A DNA stretch of 64,000 nt from Convolutriloba macropyga. Lineage: Eukaryota. The notes under the pieces are model-generated. The model searched no databases. It was not told where the DNA came from and saw only the letters and a list, made by a program, of their open reading frames with translations. The position numbers and the translations under genes were made by a program. The stretch spans positions 36,952,001-37,016,000 of the forward strand of contig NC_134474.1 of NCBI RefSeq assembly GCF_964194025.1. Reading direction: 5' to 3'. This document shows, one piece after another, positions 48,900 through 62,300 of this stretch; within the stretch, counting starts at the first letter, position 1, and every line of letters begins with the position of its first letter.

Positions 48900-49480
48900 T
48901 CCGAAAAAACTAATTGCAGTTACGATAATAGGCGATTAATTGATTTCAATAATTGATTAGAACAACACAATCGATTTTCCAAGAGCATCGATTGTCACAA
49001 TATATTTCCCAAAACAAAATTATCCCAAGTCAGAAAACTGGAGCTAGAGAAAAATTTTCCTGATTACGAAATTTCGACACAGATTGTAGGTAATTTACAT
49101 ATTTTGTTTTTGAGAAACTTTTCTTCTCAACCACAGTCGATGATGATGCAAGACTTGACATCAATCAAAGCCACAGGTCTATGAGAAAGTACTCTGAGAA
49201 AGTACTCTGAGATAGTACTATGAGAAAGTACGAATGAGAAAGTACTCATTCGTTCAAAGATTGTCTGATGTTTAGTGCACAACGTTTAACGGCTCGTGTT
49301 TGCTTGCACTGGCAGCTCGGGACCTACAGCTATATGAGCTGTAAAACAAATCGCCGCTAAAATACGCTACAAACGCAAAGAACTGTAGGCTGAAGACATT
49401 TCCGTTATTTGTATAAATACCAGAATCGCTCTTCTTCGAAGCTGCTTCCTCTGCCTCAGAGTGTGTCAGTCATTACGAAA
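48900..49480 (+). mobile_element. CRE-like non-LTR retrotransposon 3' relic (RLE domain), containing a 13-bp (GAGAAAGTACTCT) micro-array at about 49182-49246
   Basis: DDARLDI..., G..GPTA, KRKE and LLRS...CLR; homologous to 57230-57600. Confidence 0.65.
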
Positions 49481-49880
49481 AAACGAAGCAATAGAAACCG
49501 CCTATTCCATTGTTCATGTGGGACGGCTCAATGGTTTCTAATGTATCTTATGCTCAACTGTTGAGCGAGAACCCAACTAGGTTTTCTCACTTCTATTTTT
49601 AACCATAGACACAGAATGTAACCATGGCACCAACCCATTCTTTCTTTGCAATACAAATGTTTAATTGCTTTTGAACGAAGTTCATAGCAATTATTGTAAA
49701 CGTGTCTTTTTCATGCAAATTTTTCACTTGACAATCTTGCGCTTTTCTTCTAGAACATTCTTTGACTTCTTAAGTGACTTTTTCACGCTTTTGTTCTTCA
49801 TTTTTGAGTATTCTCTGTTGCTCTCACTCCGAAGTAAAGCTTGTTACTAATATAAATTGGTTGCAGAACATCAATAAAAA

Positions 49881-49935
49881 GGTTCTGATGGCGCAGTTGG
49901 AAGTGCTTGAGGTCAGTGGTTCGAATCCCGGGGGG
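49881..49935 (+). other. tRNA-derived Pol III promoter head (SINE-like or tRNA pseudogene)
   Basis: A-box TGGCGCAGTTGG 49889-49900 and B-box GGTTCGAATCC 49918-49928; the spacing is too short for an anticodon arm. Confidence 0.7.
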
Positions 49936-50089
49936 AAGGTGTTTTGCACCCATGAAGAAAAATTGATCTAGGCTACAGCCCCTGAGTTAAATTGCCTCGC
50001 CTGTCGTTCAAGAGCAATTCTACCGACATTTTTCGGTTTATTTTTTTGAGTTAAGAACCTGCTTGTCCACCCTGAAATCATTTTTTTAT

Positions 50090-50380
50090 GGAAATCTCAT
50101 AATGCATGTGGTATATTATGTTTCATGTAATTGATCTAATTCCCTCTATGTTGGCCAAACCAGCCGAAATTTTACCAATAGAATTTAAGAACATCAAACG
50201 AAAGATTCACTGGTGGGACAACACCTCAATGAATGTGGTACAGCGCAAAATATTGAATGCGACGTACTCGACGCATGCCCGCAGCTCGAAAAACTGGTGA
50301 CAGTTCAAGCAATTTTCATCAAAAAATTAAATAATCACGATGAGTGCCGGATTGTAAATTAACATTAAACATATTTTAGT
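50090..50380 (+). mobile_element. Penelope-like GIY-YIG endonuclease 3' relic
   Basis: HVVYYVSCN*SNSLYVGQTSRNFTNRI*EHQTKDSLVGQHLNECG...AIFIKKL. Confidence 0.85.
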
Positions 50381-51289
50381 TCAAATGCAAAAATTTAACT
50401 TTCGAACTTTTAAAATCATTCTGGTACATGTTAATTCAAAATTTCGACAACCCAACAACTTTATTCGATTGTGTAGGACTGGATTATGTGGTATCCGAAA
50501 TACTAAAGGATATGACTGAGGGTAAAACTCCTTTTACGGAAATGAAAACACAATACCCGGTAGATTCGAAAACTCGCTACTAAAGATTACAATTTATTGG
50601 GTGTATTGAGTTTAAATAAAATGTCTTGTTGAAAGTAATTTCAAAAATTTGTTTTTCTAACTCACTTTGTAGTATTAGATGGATGTAGTCAATAAGTGTA
50701 TATACTTGTAAATCATTTTGTTCGATTGCGAATCAATTTTAAGTAAACGTGACGATGAACGCAGTTTGAAAACGTTCGATTGTTAAATCAAATTATAATT
50801 GACAATTCCTTTTTCTCTGCAGCAAATATTTGAGCAAAAGTGTTATATGTTCCTTCTTATTACGCATATTTTCTCCTCTGTTCTTTGAAATGCTTGTATT
50901 TATATATGGGGATATTGAAATTCACGTTCCATTTTTGCGTAACTTTTGGGTAAATCAAGGCAATAATTGATTTTTTTGTTTTGCCATTTAAATTATTTGA
51001 TTGTTCCTCTTTTTGTCTAGTCTATTTTATGTGCAACTTTTTTTCCAGGTCCCTGGTTGCGGAATTTTATAAACAAAGCCCACTTTTTCGATCTTTAAAG
51101 CAATGTTGCTTGTCTTGCAGAAACCTGGGATCTGCTCTAATAGTTCATTTTAGATATCACTGGAAACAAGTTCTTGTTAATAGCCGCACAGCGATAGCGG
51201 GGGCTATTATTGGCCTTCTCTTGGTTTTTTTACAATTCAAAGATTTTGAATTGTATTGGTGCGCTGTTTTTTTTTTAAGATGTGTTCAC

Positions 51290-52870
51290 ACATTTTTCAA
51301 TGACTTTGATCGTTCAAAACGGGATAAACAGGTAAAGCCCAGCGGGCATTAACTTTCATTAGAGGCGCAAAGTGGGCTTTAGTTGTCCTTCAAGTGCTAA
51401 TAGTGGTGCAGCTGTTGGGATGGCCTTAATTTAAGGTTAAAAGGTCATTTTTAGGAGTTTTTGGGCTCAAAATGGTGCAATTTTTCATGTTTTTGTGATT
51501 TTTTTGAGTTTCTTTGTTTGATTAGTCTCAGGTTGAAGTTTTTAAAAGTTCAGTAAGGTAGTTTTCGACACAAAATTGCTTGTTATGACCATTTTATGAG
51601 CTATAACTTTTGGTACTACAAACACAAACTCGCGAAAGGATACTAATTTTTGAAATTTTTTTCAGGTTTCTTGAAAATTTTTGTCATTTTCTGAGTTTTT
51701 TAGCCCTAGGTGCCAAGAAACCTCCTCTAGAGTTTGATAAAGGGTTTGATGATAGATTACTTCATAGTTTCTAGTGGTAATGGAATTGTTTTCAACTTTT
51801 TGCCATCATGAATTTTAGCATTTTTTGACAAGGCTTGTAATTTTCATATTTTTTTGACATTTATTGTCATTATTCAAGTTGTTTGAGTCCCAGGGGCCAG
51901 AAAACCTCATTAGCGGTTAGATGATAAGTTACCGAAAATTTTTTAGATGCCATGGAATAGGTTTCAACTTTTGAATATCCCAAATTTTAGCAATTTTTTG
52001 GACAAAATTTGCATTTTTTTCAGGTTTTTGAAAATTTTCGTCAGTTTTTCAGTTTTTGCAGCTTCAAGGACGAGGCAATCTCCTTTGAGGTTTGTTAATA
52101 GGGCACTTCATAGTTTCTTGTAGCAATGGAATGGTTTTTAACATTTTAGTGTCTCGAATTTTAGCATTTTTTCTTTTTTTAATCTGCAATTTTTTTAAGG
52201 TTTCCTAAAGTTTTTGTCAGTTTTTGATATTCGTCCAATCTCAAAGTGCGAGAAATCCTATTCCACGTTCTGATGAAAATTTACTGCATGGTTTTTAGTT
52301 TCAATGGAATTGTTTTCATCAATTTAACCTTTCGACTTTTGGAAGTTTTTTGCTAAAATTTGCGAAAAGTTTTTTCAAAACATTTGTATTTTATTTATTT
52401 TTTCTTGTCTCAGTAGACAGGTAACCTCATCCAGTGTTTAATAGAATGTTATTAAATAATTATCAAGTGCTAGGTGGCAATTGAATGGCTTTCAACATTT
52501 TAATAGAACGAATTTCTATTTTTTGAAGTTTGAAATTTTTTCTAAAAATTATTGCCTATCGATCTATGAGCCAATGAGTTTTTTAAAGCTTGGAATTGGG
52601 TTACTGGATAGCCTCTAGAGTTATAGAAATGATTCTCAAGATATTTATATCACAAATTTCAGAAACAATTTCTGATAATTTGCAATTGATTTCTTTTCTG
52701 AAATTTTTTGGTCATTTTCGAGTTAATCATCGATCTTCAAGGGCCAATGAATATTTTTCAGGTCTTTCAGATATAATACTGGACCGATTTCAGAAACAAA
52801 AGATGATTTTGAACATATTTTTGAAATAGGTATTATTAAAGAGAATAAATTTTGCCTAAGGTTTGAAAGC
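51290..52870 (+). repeat. Repeat element with a conserved head and degenerate ~185-bp internal tandem units
   Basis: The head gggataaacagg..agcgggcattaa recurs at about 54390 and, more diverged, at about 56335. Units carry gttact..atagtttctagtg..aatggaat..ttcaac..gaattttagca. Confidence 0.8.
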
Positions 52871-53964
52871 TTCGAGTTTTAGCAATGAGTATATTTTGTT
52901 TAGTTTTGATTCTTTTAATTTCTCAATTTTTCGAGATGATTTTGTTTGTTTTCTGTCTGGAATTGTTCAATTGATCTGCTGGTCAGGTAGAGTATTTCTG
53001 AGTTTTTCATTCAATTCTTTGAATTGTATTTCAGGACTTGTCCTGTTATGTTTTTTTATTTCGTCGTCATGATTTTTGTTACGACCATATGACGTCATAG
53101 CCACTTTTTGTTCATTCGATCATGCAATTTCAACTGAATTGCATGTGTGAACGTCATTTTTCTTTCTTAGTGGAGCGAGTTTTTTTGTTCATGCGCGTGA
53201 TTAAATTTTTGGTCACACTGGACTTACCTCGCTCTCAAAAATGACTTCCTCACTTTGAAATTGACTTTTATTCATTTTAATTCAAAGAGATAAGGTCAAA
53301 TGGGTGTGTGTCACTCTAAATGAAGGCTATTTGAGATCAGCTAATAGCAGCAGCAATAACTTATACAGATTTTTAATCAAAATATAACAGATCAGCCTTC
53401 AATGAAAAGACGAATTTTTTTGGTCTGTCTTTTTTACTGTTTTTTTTAGACTGCCGATCACGAATCTATTGCGGCTATTTTCTGGCAATCTGCCAGCTAT
53501 GTTTGAGGATTCCCAGCAAGCTGGATGGCACTCTCCCCATACGGTCAAGTGAAAATACCATATTCTGCCTCGAACCGAAGAATTTTTGCAGGTTTTCAGA
53601 ATACTGAGAGCAACAAATTTCCAACTGCAATCTCTGAAAATCGTTTGAAATTTTTTTTAGAAGTTTTGAAGCATGGTTTATTTTCGGTTAATGGGGGTAT
53701 AGGTTGTGCGACCATTAAGCTGGAAGGGGAATATAATGGGAAAGACCAGTGAATTCTGCTACGTGGATTGTAAATTTCGAAAGCCGGCGTCGCATCTTGA
53801 AATTTATAATTGATATGGTTGGTTGTCATGGTTGCTTTTTCGATTAGTTGAGTTGACTAGAAATTATCAGGTCCAACTAATAGCGACTCTCTGTTTGCCA
53901 GAATTAGGACGTAACATGCCAGTTTATAATACTAATTGGTGATGTTTTTTCAGATGCTACTCCT

Positions 53965-56900
53965 ATGTCGGGTTTCTATGGTGATTATACCGGTTGGAGT
54001 AAAAATAAGAAGTGGCGGGAAGCCAAACCAGAAAAAGCTGAATTAAGTGATAACGATTCTTCTGAAGGTGAAGACAGTGTTCTGACCACTGATGTGCAGC
54101 TTGCAATGTGGGATCTGGGACATTGTGATCCGAAAAGGTGTTCTGGTAGAAAGCTTCAACGTTGTGGATTTGTCAAACCTCTCAAATTGAAGCAGCGGTT
54201 TAACGGAATCATTCTTACACCCAATGCTGCGCAAGCAATTAGGTAGTTTCTAATAAGTTCACGAGGTCGTTTAATTGCTCTCAAACGAAGTTTGTCACAA
54301 TTATATTAGTCCTGTCGGTCTTTTTTTAATCCGATTTTTCGCTTGACCGATTTTTCTCTGACGCTTTTGTTTTTTTCATCCTCAAAAATGGGATAAACAG
54401 GCAGCGGGCATTAAGTTCTCTTAGAGCCTTTCAGCTCTGTTTCAGCTGAAACTGTTTTGGAGACTTATACTTATGGTGTAAGTATAAGTCTCCAAATAGC
54501 TACCCCCCCCCCCCCGCCCCGTTTATAGCTACCCCGCAAATTTATACTATTTTGCACAATTTTTCAAGCTTTTTGAAAATTTTTGTCATGTTTTCTAGTT
54601 TTATTAGCCCTAAGTGTCAAGGAACATCCTTTAGGTTTTAATAATAGGTTACTGCATAGTTTCTAGTGGTAATGGAATGGTTTGAACATTTTAACATCAC
54701 GAATTTTAGCATTTTTTTTGATAAAACATGCAATTTCAAATTTTTTGACATTTATTTTTCCTTATTCAGGTCTTTCCAGACCCACGGGCCAGAAAAACTT
54801 CTAAGGAGTTCGTTAATAATTTACTGACCAATTTTTATGGGCAATTGAATAGTTTTTCAACTTTTTACTGTCACAAATTTCAGCAATTTTTTAATAAAAC
54901 TTGCTTTTTTTCAAGATTTTTTGTTGAAAAGTTTTGTTTGTTTTTGTTTTTTTTTCAGCCTCAAGAGGCAAGGAACCTCCTTTAGGGTTAGGAAATAGGT
55001 TACTGTATAATTTCTAGATGTAATGGAATGTCTTGCAGGATTTTAACGTCACGAATTTAAGCATTTTTTCTGACAATTTTTGCCATTTTTTTTTACAATT
55101 TTTTGATATTGTCATTATTCAGGCTTGAGCCTCAAGGGTCAGAAAACCTCCGTTAGGGTTTGATAATAAGTTACTGGAACTTTTTTTGGTCTTGGATTAA
55201 TTTTCAACTTTTTTAATATTACAAGTTCTAGCATTTTTTTAAAAAAGTTTTCAGTTCTTTGAATTTTTTTTTTATTTTTTAAGTTTTTCTAGACTCAAGA
55301 GCTGCAGAAATTCCTCTAGGGTTTAGTAATATATTACTGCATTGTTTATAGTTGTAATGGAATGTTTTTCAAGATTTTAGTATCACAATTTAAGCAATTT
55401 AATAAAGTATTTGCAATTTTATGTTTTTGGCACCAGGGGCCCTGGGACCTCCTAGGTTTGATAGTAAGCTGCTGCATAGATTCTTGAGTCATTGGAATGG
55501 TGATCATTATTTTTTACGACCAGTTTTAGTAATTTTTGGATAAAATTTTAATTTTTTTCCAGTTTTTGGAAAATTTTTATCATGTTCAAAGTGTATGGAT
55601 CTTTATGAGCCAGTGAAACTATTTCAGGCTTGAAAGAGGGATACTGGATAATATCTTGAGACAATGAAATGGTTCTCAAGATATTAAGATTTTGAATTTT
55701 TGCAAGATTTTGTTAAAATTTACAATTGCTTACAAAATTTTTCATATTTTTGTCCGTTTCGTATTTTTTGAGTTTAACGACCATTACTGGACAACGAAAC
55801 TTTTTAAGTCTTGGAGATGAGTTACCTGACAGAAATTTTGTTCAAATTGTTTCGAACGTTTTTACTGCGAGGTTTCAATCTTTTGTTTTTACTTTTGCCC
55901 TTTTCAGTTTTTTTTCTATGTGATTTATTTACTAACAAGGCTAGAAAACTAGAAGTTGCAACTAGAGTCGAATCCCATCATGGGAAATATTCCGATATCT
56001 CTTTCTTTTTCGGTGGGTTAGGGTTTCTTTCTTTCTCTTTCTCGTTCACTTTATTTTCTCTCACTCTATCTCTCTTTTTTTTTGTTGATGCCGCACTTCA
56101 GCTGCTGTAATGTGGCGTAATATCATCTCTGATCCTCATTAACAATGATTTATAGTAGAAATGTTTTTTTTTCATCTTAAATGACTTGTTTTACAGGCCG
56201 TTTTTAGGAAATCATTGTTAATTGCTTTCAAAAAGCAATTTCTAGCAAATATGTTAATCCTGTTTGTCTCTTTTTTGCAAATTTTCGCTTGGCCGATTTT
56301 TTGTCGGACTCATTTGACTTTCGTCTTCAGAAACGGGATAAAGGGGTAGCGCCCAGTTTGCATAACTTCTCTTAGAGCCGTTCAGCCCACTTGTCTGCAA
56401 GTATGCGATTACCAGAAACTGTTTTGGAGACCTATACTTATGGTGTAAAATTGACTTATGGTCGGGAAATTGACTTATAACCGACTTATGGTCGGTTCTT
56501 AGAAATTGATCCCACACCCCCACCCACCTACCGCCCCCACATCAGTCCGCACAATCTGTTTTTACACCCCCGCTGCGCTCACCTTACGCCCTTCAATTAA
56601 TCGAAAGCTAGCCTCACTAAACCGTGGCTAGTTATTGATCAAGCCAACCGCTCGTGGGTCGTTTGCGAGCAATTCGCCCGACATTAGTTTATTTTCCTTT
56701 TTTTAATTGCAGTGATAGCTGAGCGAAGCAATCATTTGGCCTTCTGTTGCTTATTATGAATCCAATCCCAGAATAAAACTTCTCATACTAGACTCTGAAA
56801 ATGGGGATATATTCTGGTTCGGTCTCCAGTGTCTTATGACCCCATTTACAAATTATTTGTTGTTATATAACACGTTACTATGTGAAAATAATGAACCAGA

Positions 56901-59868
56901 GCCTGGGTTTCATAAAACATATTTTCCCACTAATCTCGGGCGACGAAACATAGATCCGAAAAATGTTAATCAAATAGTTAAACGCTCTTCCGCTTTCAAA
57001 ATACCGTTTCTATCTTAGCGAGCAAGACTTCAGAGATGGCCTGTGTCTGAGATATGGATGAGACATTAAAAAAGTTATCTAGCAAATATTCCTGCGTTAA
57101 CATAATGGTGGGTATACAAAGTTACGTCTCAATCACATCAGTGATACTGTTGCCATTTTTCTAGACGAAACATACCATGACGATTAAATCGAGACCCATC
57201 TTCAGCCGAAGGCGAGTTCTTCCCGAGTAACACAAGCATGCTGATGATTATGCTAGACTTGACATCAAAGACAGGTCTATGTGAGAATTCCTCCATCCAT
57301 TCGTTGTTAAGATTTTCAATACACTAGCAATTTCTTGTCCAAAAAGTTCGCCAGATGCTTGCAAGTATCACGAGTCTATTAAATGAGCGAATTACGAACA
57401 GCGCGTGATTGACGTGCATAGCACATTCAACCCGCTGATCCCACACGGCAGTGCAGGACCTACAGCAATAAAATCAAACAGGCGGCCGCTAAGATAAGCC
57501 AAAAGCGCAAAGAACCGTACGCCGTCGTCATCCGGACAAAGATCGGTTTCACTCTTCTTCGAAGCTGTCTCTTCTGCCTCTAAGGGTGTTGGTCGCTGCG
57601 AAAAGCGAACCAACCTAAAATTCATCCTCTACAATTGATGATTGCCAATTGAAGGGTTTTGCTCGCGTATCGACTGAGACCCCCCCCCCCCCCCCCCCCC
57701 ACAATGTTTTACCCTGTTATGTTTCCCCATAGACCCTCTTATGTCTTACCCTTTCATATTTCAAATTTGATGATTACCAAGTGAACGGTTTCTTTTTTTA
57801 CCCTGCGCTCGAGTATCGAATTAGACCCCCACCATGTTTTCCTTCCTTATTATGTTTCACTATAGACCTTATTTAACAGTCGTAATACCTGCTTGTTCTT
57901 TGTCTGCATTAGTCATATGCCCGAGCATAAGTTTTATACATGGTTCTTCATGTTATCGAATTGGCAGATACATTCATTGTTCGTTTTACCGAGCTGTAAA
58001 AGGATTTTTCGTTAGCATTGAACACGGTAACGGCTTTTAATTCATGGATTGCGTCTCTGAGTTTTCGTCGTCACGTGTTTTTTTAATTGTTCTGTGAGAC
58101 TATACGCCTTTCGGCTGTTTTTTGTCCAATTTTGTAACGTTTTTCTCTTGTCTTAATTTGATTTATTGAAATAAGACTTTCTGTGCATTCTCAAAAAATT
58201 CAATTCTGCGTTTTTGATAAATCATTTTTTTGGCCGTAGGTTTTTGGAATCTGATGAAATTTGTCATAATTGCAATTTAAGCGATATTTTAACAGTTTTT
58301 GGCAAATTGTTTTCGTTCTAACTTTGATTTCAGTTTTATGTTGGCAGGGAAATGGTTGGAATGATGGCAGTGAAAATCCAAGGCTAAATAATGAAATCTA
58401 CTGGTTCTTCTACGTTCTAGTTTTGTTGCCAATTTTGAAATTTATGGAAGTTTCAAATGAAAATGTTCTCAACATCTGTTGATTTCTCGAAAAATTCTAT
58501 AAGAGGCTATGGCCATAACCTTAGTTTCATTTGGTCAACTTTTATGAACACGTCAAGATATAATGCAATTCTAATTGCTCTCAAACTGAGTCGGATATTG
58601 GTTGGAAATACTTTGCTTTTTGTATCAATCTGTTTCCGTTGTCTTTTCCTGATTATTGTAAATTTTGTCATATATTGAAATCATTTTATGTAAGATTTCT
58701 CCAACAAGAAAGAACTATTAGTTGATTTGGGAGGCCAAAGCTGAAAATGTTTTGATTTTTTGGACCTAAAATTTTGTATTCAGTTTTCCTTTTTGCGACA
58801 GGAGTTAAAATTTGCAGCAAATGGTCTTGATTATTGTGGGGATGCGGAGAATGGTTGTTCCTCGACAAAAGTAATGATTTTGGGCTTCAATGACGTTTAC
58901 GATGTAGGGAGATTCCGGCGCTTTGATTGATTCCGGTTATTTTCCGGCTCTTTCAAATTATTTTTTGTTCATTAATTCATGCAGTTTTATACTGACTTGT
59001 ATGCGTGACTCCAAGTGTAATTACTTTTACTCCAATTTACTCCAATTACAGTCAAGTTTTGATTATTACTGTTAATATGAGGTCAAATGACTACTTTATG
59101 GTTATTTGAGGACAGTTTTGAGGCCTCTCACCAGGCATAGCAATACGTTTATTACAAGTGTTAAATGAATAAGATTTTGAATTTTTTTCTCAGTCCGCAA
59201 TTGACTATGAAATTTTTGTTATAGTTCCTCTGATGCTGAAATTGTTACGAAGAAAGGGATTGCCGTCGTGGACTGTTCATGGGCTAAATTGGAGGAGACG
59301 CCATTCCACCTCTTGAAAGGATCTCATCCGAGGTTGTTACCCTATTTAGTAGCTGCCAATCCTGTCAACTACGGCAAGCCTTGTACTTTATCATGTGTGG
59401 AAGCTTTAGCAGCTTGTTTGATCATGACGGGGCATGAGCAAGATGCTGAACTAATTCTGAGCAAATTCAAATGGGGACCTAGTTTTGTACAAGTTAATTC
59501 GGATCTGCTTCAAAAATACAAAAGTTGTAAAACGAGTATGGAGGTGGTTGCAGCTCAAAATGAGTAAGTATTTTCGTCACAAGCTCAAAAATCACTCGAC
59601 CTTAATCGTTCATCAATTAGTTAAATTTGATTCAGAACAAAGCCTGTTCTCGAACAACTTAAATTACGTTGTTCAGTCTAATGTCACGTTTTATTGAATA
59701 GTAAGTAAAGTTTGCCATTTAGGTAGCTTTGTTTTTAGATATCTAGAAAAACTGGAGAGTGAGTCTAAAAATGACCGAGAAGTGTTGTACCCTTCTTCTA
59801 ACAGCAGCAGTGAGGGTGAATACGAAGAAGAATATTCTGAACAAGTTGAAGACTTGGATATCAAATAG
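53965..59868 (+). CDS. TSR3: 18S rRNA aminocarboxypropyltransferase TSR3; exons 53965-54242, 59225-59563, 59739-59868 (248 aa)
   Basis: LAMWDLGHCDPKRCSGRKL, VVDCSWAKL, RLLPYLVAANPVNYGKPCTLSCVEALAA and FKWGPSF. GT-AG introns 54243-59224 and 59564-59738 (both phase 2) join in frame to 747 nt ending in TAG. An acceptor at 53953 suggests an upstream exon. Confidence 0.95.
54330..55920 (+). repeat. Second copy of the 51.3-52.9 kb element, inside TSR3 intron 1
   Basis: Same head and same ~185-bp degenerate units. Confidence 0.8.
56700..57620 (+). mobile_element. CRE-like non-LTR retrotransposon 3' relic (zinc knuckle and restriction-like endonuclease region) in the TSR3 intron
   Basis: GGYTKLR.NHI.D, ARLDIK..G, YEQRVIDV..STFNPL, G.AGPTA, KRKEPYAV and RTKI..LLRS..CL.G match the C-terminal pattern of CRE-clade ORFs. 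Confidence 0.75.
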
Positions 59869-61399
59869 TGTGCTTGGCTGAACCATATTGTTTTTCCCAA
59901 CGATTTGCTTCAAAAATGAGGTGCTCGCCCAGGACGAGTTCGGAGTGGAGCTGTGAGGACTTGAAATTGATCGGAAATCAACGAACTAGAAAATTATCTA
60001 CAACTTATCTTTAATTGTGACAATTCAAGTATTCGTTATCAAATTACGAAACAATTGCAAGATGAAAGGTTCATGAGTTAATTGAAAGATGGAAGTACAT
60101 GTTTTATTTGTCTGTAATATGCGTACTTGGTTTGGCAGCTGAAGCTATGGGTTTCGGTCAAAAATTTGGAATGACAAGATAAAGTTGATCTTAGACTATG
60201 GCTTATATAGCTATAAAATATGAACATACTATTATTTGTTCCCTGAGATTTTTGGCAATAATTTGCCCTACAGTGAAAATTTTGAAATTACTTGGTCCTG
60301 CTGAAACATTACATTATCAAGAAGAAGAAGAATTTATTTTTATTTATCAGCTTGGTATCCAAGTCGTAAATGAAAAACATTGAAAAGCTCCCAGAAAATG
60401 TCACAAAAATGGAGTTTGAATGAAAAGTTATCTACAAAGATCGGCTTGTAAAACATTATTTCCATTCAGTCGCTATATCGAAATCTATGATAAAGTGTAC
60501 CTGCTTGCCCTTAAAAAGGCAATTACGGCGGTGACTCTCGAAATTTATACTGTTCAGAAAAATATTGCTCGTCAATGCAGGCGAGGAGAATTGAATACAA
60601 GTAACAATGCAAATTCTTCATGAGGCCAATTTTTTTTTGTAAAACAGTGCTTAAAGTCCATGCAAAGTTTATAGGTCATATGAGTTAATGCACAATTGTA
60701 AAATTTTATGGGGTTACGTGCATAAGTGGCACACCAACAAAGCATATACAAAAAACGTTAACCGCAGATCTAGGCGATGAAGCATCAAATTTGGCTATCT
60801 GAAAGGGAGCAATCCCGGAAGAACGAAAAGATCTCCAAATACAAATATACCACTATTTAACTTTTTGAAGCCTTCGATTTGCTTGATAGGATATGATTCA
60901 AGTTGTCAGCTTCCATCCAATTAGTTAAATAATTGCATGGACTACTGCTCTGACATTCAGAATTTGAAGCAGTTTAGTGGCTTCAGTTGACTACGTAACG
61001 GGACATTTGAAGTCAAATGAATTGGGTTGAGGTTAATATAATTATCCTAGTTCCTTCGTTCAAGTGGAGCTAATAGAAGCGTGTATTGTTCGAAGTCCAT
61101 CGTGAAACATGTCCCTTAAATAAGCACGTTAAAAATAAAGGACATTGGAGTCTCCCATTATAGCCCCCCCCCCGCAGCTTAGTGCCCCCTAATCAGTGCC
61201 CCCTAAATATACCATAGTGGGAGGAGGAGTAAATTGGGAAAGACCCGGATATTGATACGAAACAATGATACAAAGGCATTGACCGTATTGTCTTAAACTA
61301 GGGTAACCAATATGGGATTCAATCATCAACACGAAAAGGAACCAATTTCAAAATCGACCAAACAACGCCATACTAGTAATAATAATAATAATAATCGAC

Positions 61400-62300
61400 T
61401 GTGTAAATTACCGGACAAAGACGTAAATAACTAAGGTGAAATGCTACCAGTAAAAGCTTGCAAATATTGGTACAGCATTTATTAGCCACCCGTTGTCAGA
61501 GCCATCGAACCAATCATCGAACGGATCTAACATCTTTTGCGCCCCCAGCTTAGCGGACATGAATCTTCTGTGCCCCCCACCCCCGAGAACGTGCCATTTT
61601 TTACGCAGTAACGTGCTATATAACAAAAATGGTTTTTGTGAGGGGGCATAAAAACGGGGGTGGGGGCAAAAAACACTGGGTGGGGGCGAAATAGATCCCA
61701 TCGAACTACTCTGGCAAGCATTTATCGTCCTATGACACCAGTTATTCATGCAACTTATCGACGCCACGTTCACGAAGGGTACAGACTAGTACAAAAAATC
61801 AATCAAAATACAGTTTGTGAGAAACCAAAGCAGGCTATCAGCGTGGAACAAAAGGGCCACGGGAAAAATATCAGAGGATGAACAAGACACTGTCACGCAT
61901 TGAACGTATCCTAAGTGCCCAACTGGACCAGCGTCACTCTTTTCCATAACATCACTGTTAACCACTGATGCATTATCTAACAACATGGTTGTTAACAAAA
62001 TTTCAGCTCGACCAAATTCAAAAAGGTTGAATTGGTGTTTATATACAGAAACTTTCCATCAAGTTGTGGATTAAGAAGACAGTTAGCAAGTTTGCAGTTA
62101 CCCTTAACATAGCTCAAACAATAGTTTAGTCTCTCAAGTGGTCTCAAGCAATTACTGATCAAATTGGTACAATAAAATTTTCGGTTAATTGAGTGCTCAA
62201 AATTGTGGGAAATGGTTAAGCCACTAGAAGTCACGGAAACCAGGCTTTTTCGGCGACTCTTGTCAAGCATTAATGTATTAAATAATTGCTCTCAAATGAA
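61400..62300 (-). pseudogene. Decayed Cys-rich ORF with a C-terminal hydrophobic segment (possible envelope glycoprotein relic)
   Basis: Consecutive overlapping minus-strand ORFs (61992-62270, 61786-61998, 61444-61773) end in FDDWFDGSDNGW followed by a hydrophobic run; interrupted by the MITE. Confidence 0.3.
61523..61698. mobile_element. MITE with GGATCTA...TAGATCC ends and 8-bp TSD CATCGAAC
   Basis: CATCGAAC at 61515-61522 and 61699-61706; subterminal cgccccca/tgggggcg inverted repeats. Confidence 0.88.

Noticed and set aside
49881-49950. Functional tRNA gene
   Set aside because: No anticodon arm and no acceptor-stem pairing.
50460-50575. Hammerhead ribozyme in the Penelope terminal repeat
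   Set aside because: Only degenerate ctg...cgaaa traces; the core and stems cannot be built.
53450-53829. Coding exon(s) just upstream of TSR3 (ORFs 53525-53752, 53596-53829)
   Set aside because: Stops in extended frames and no recognisable motif.
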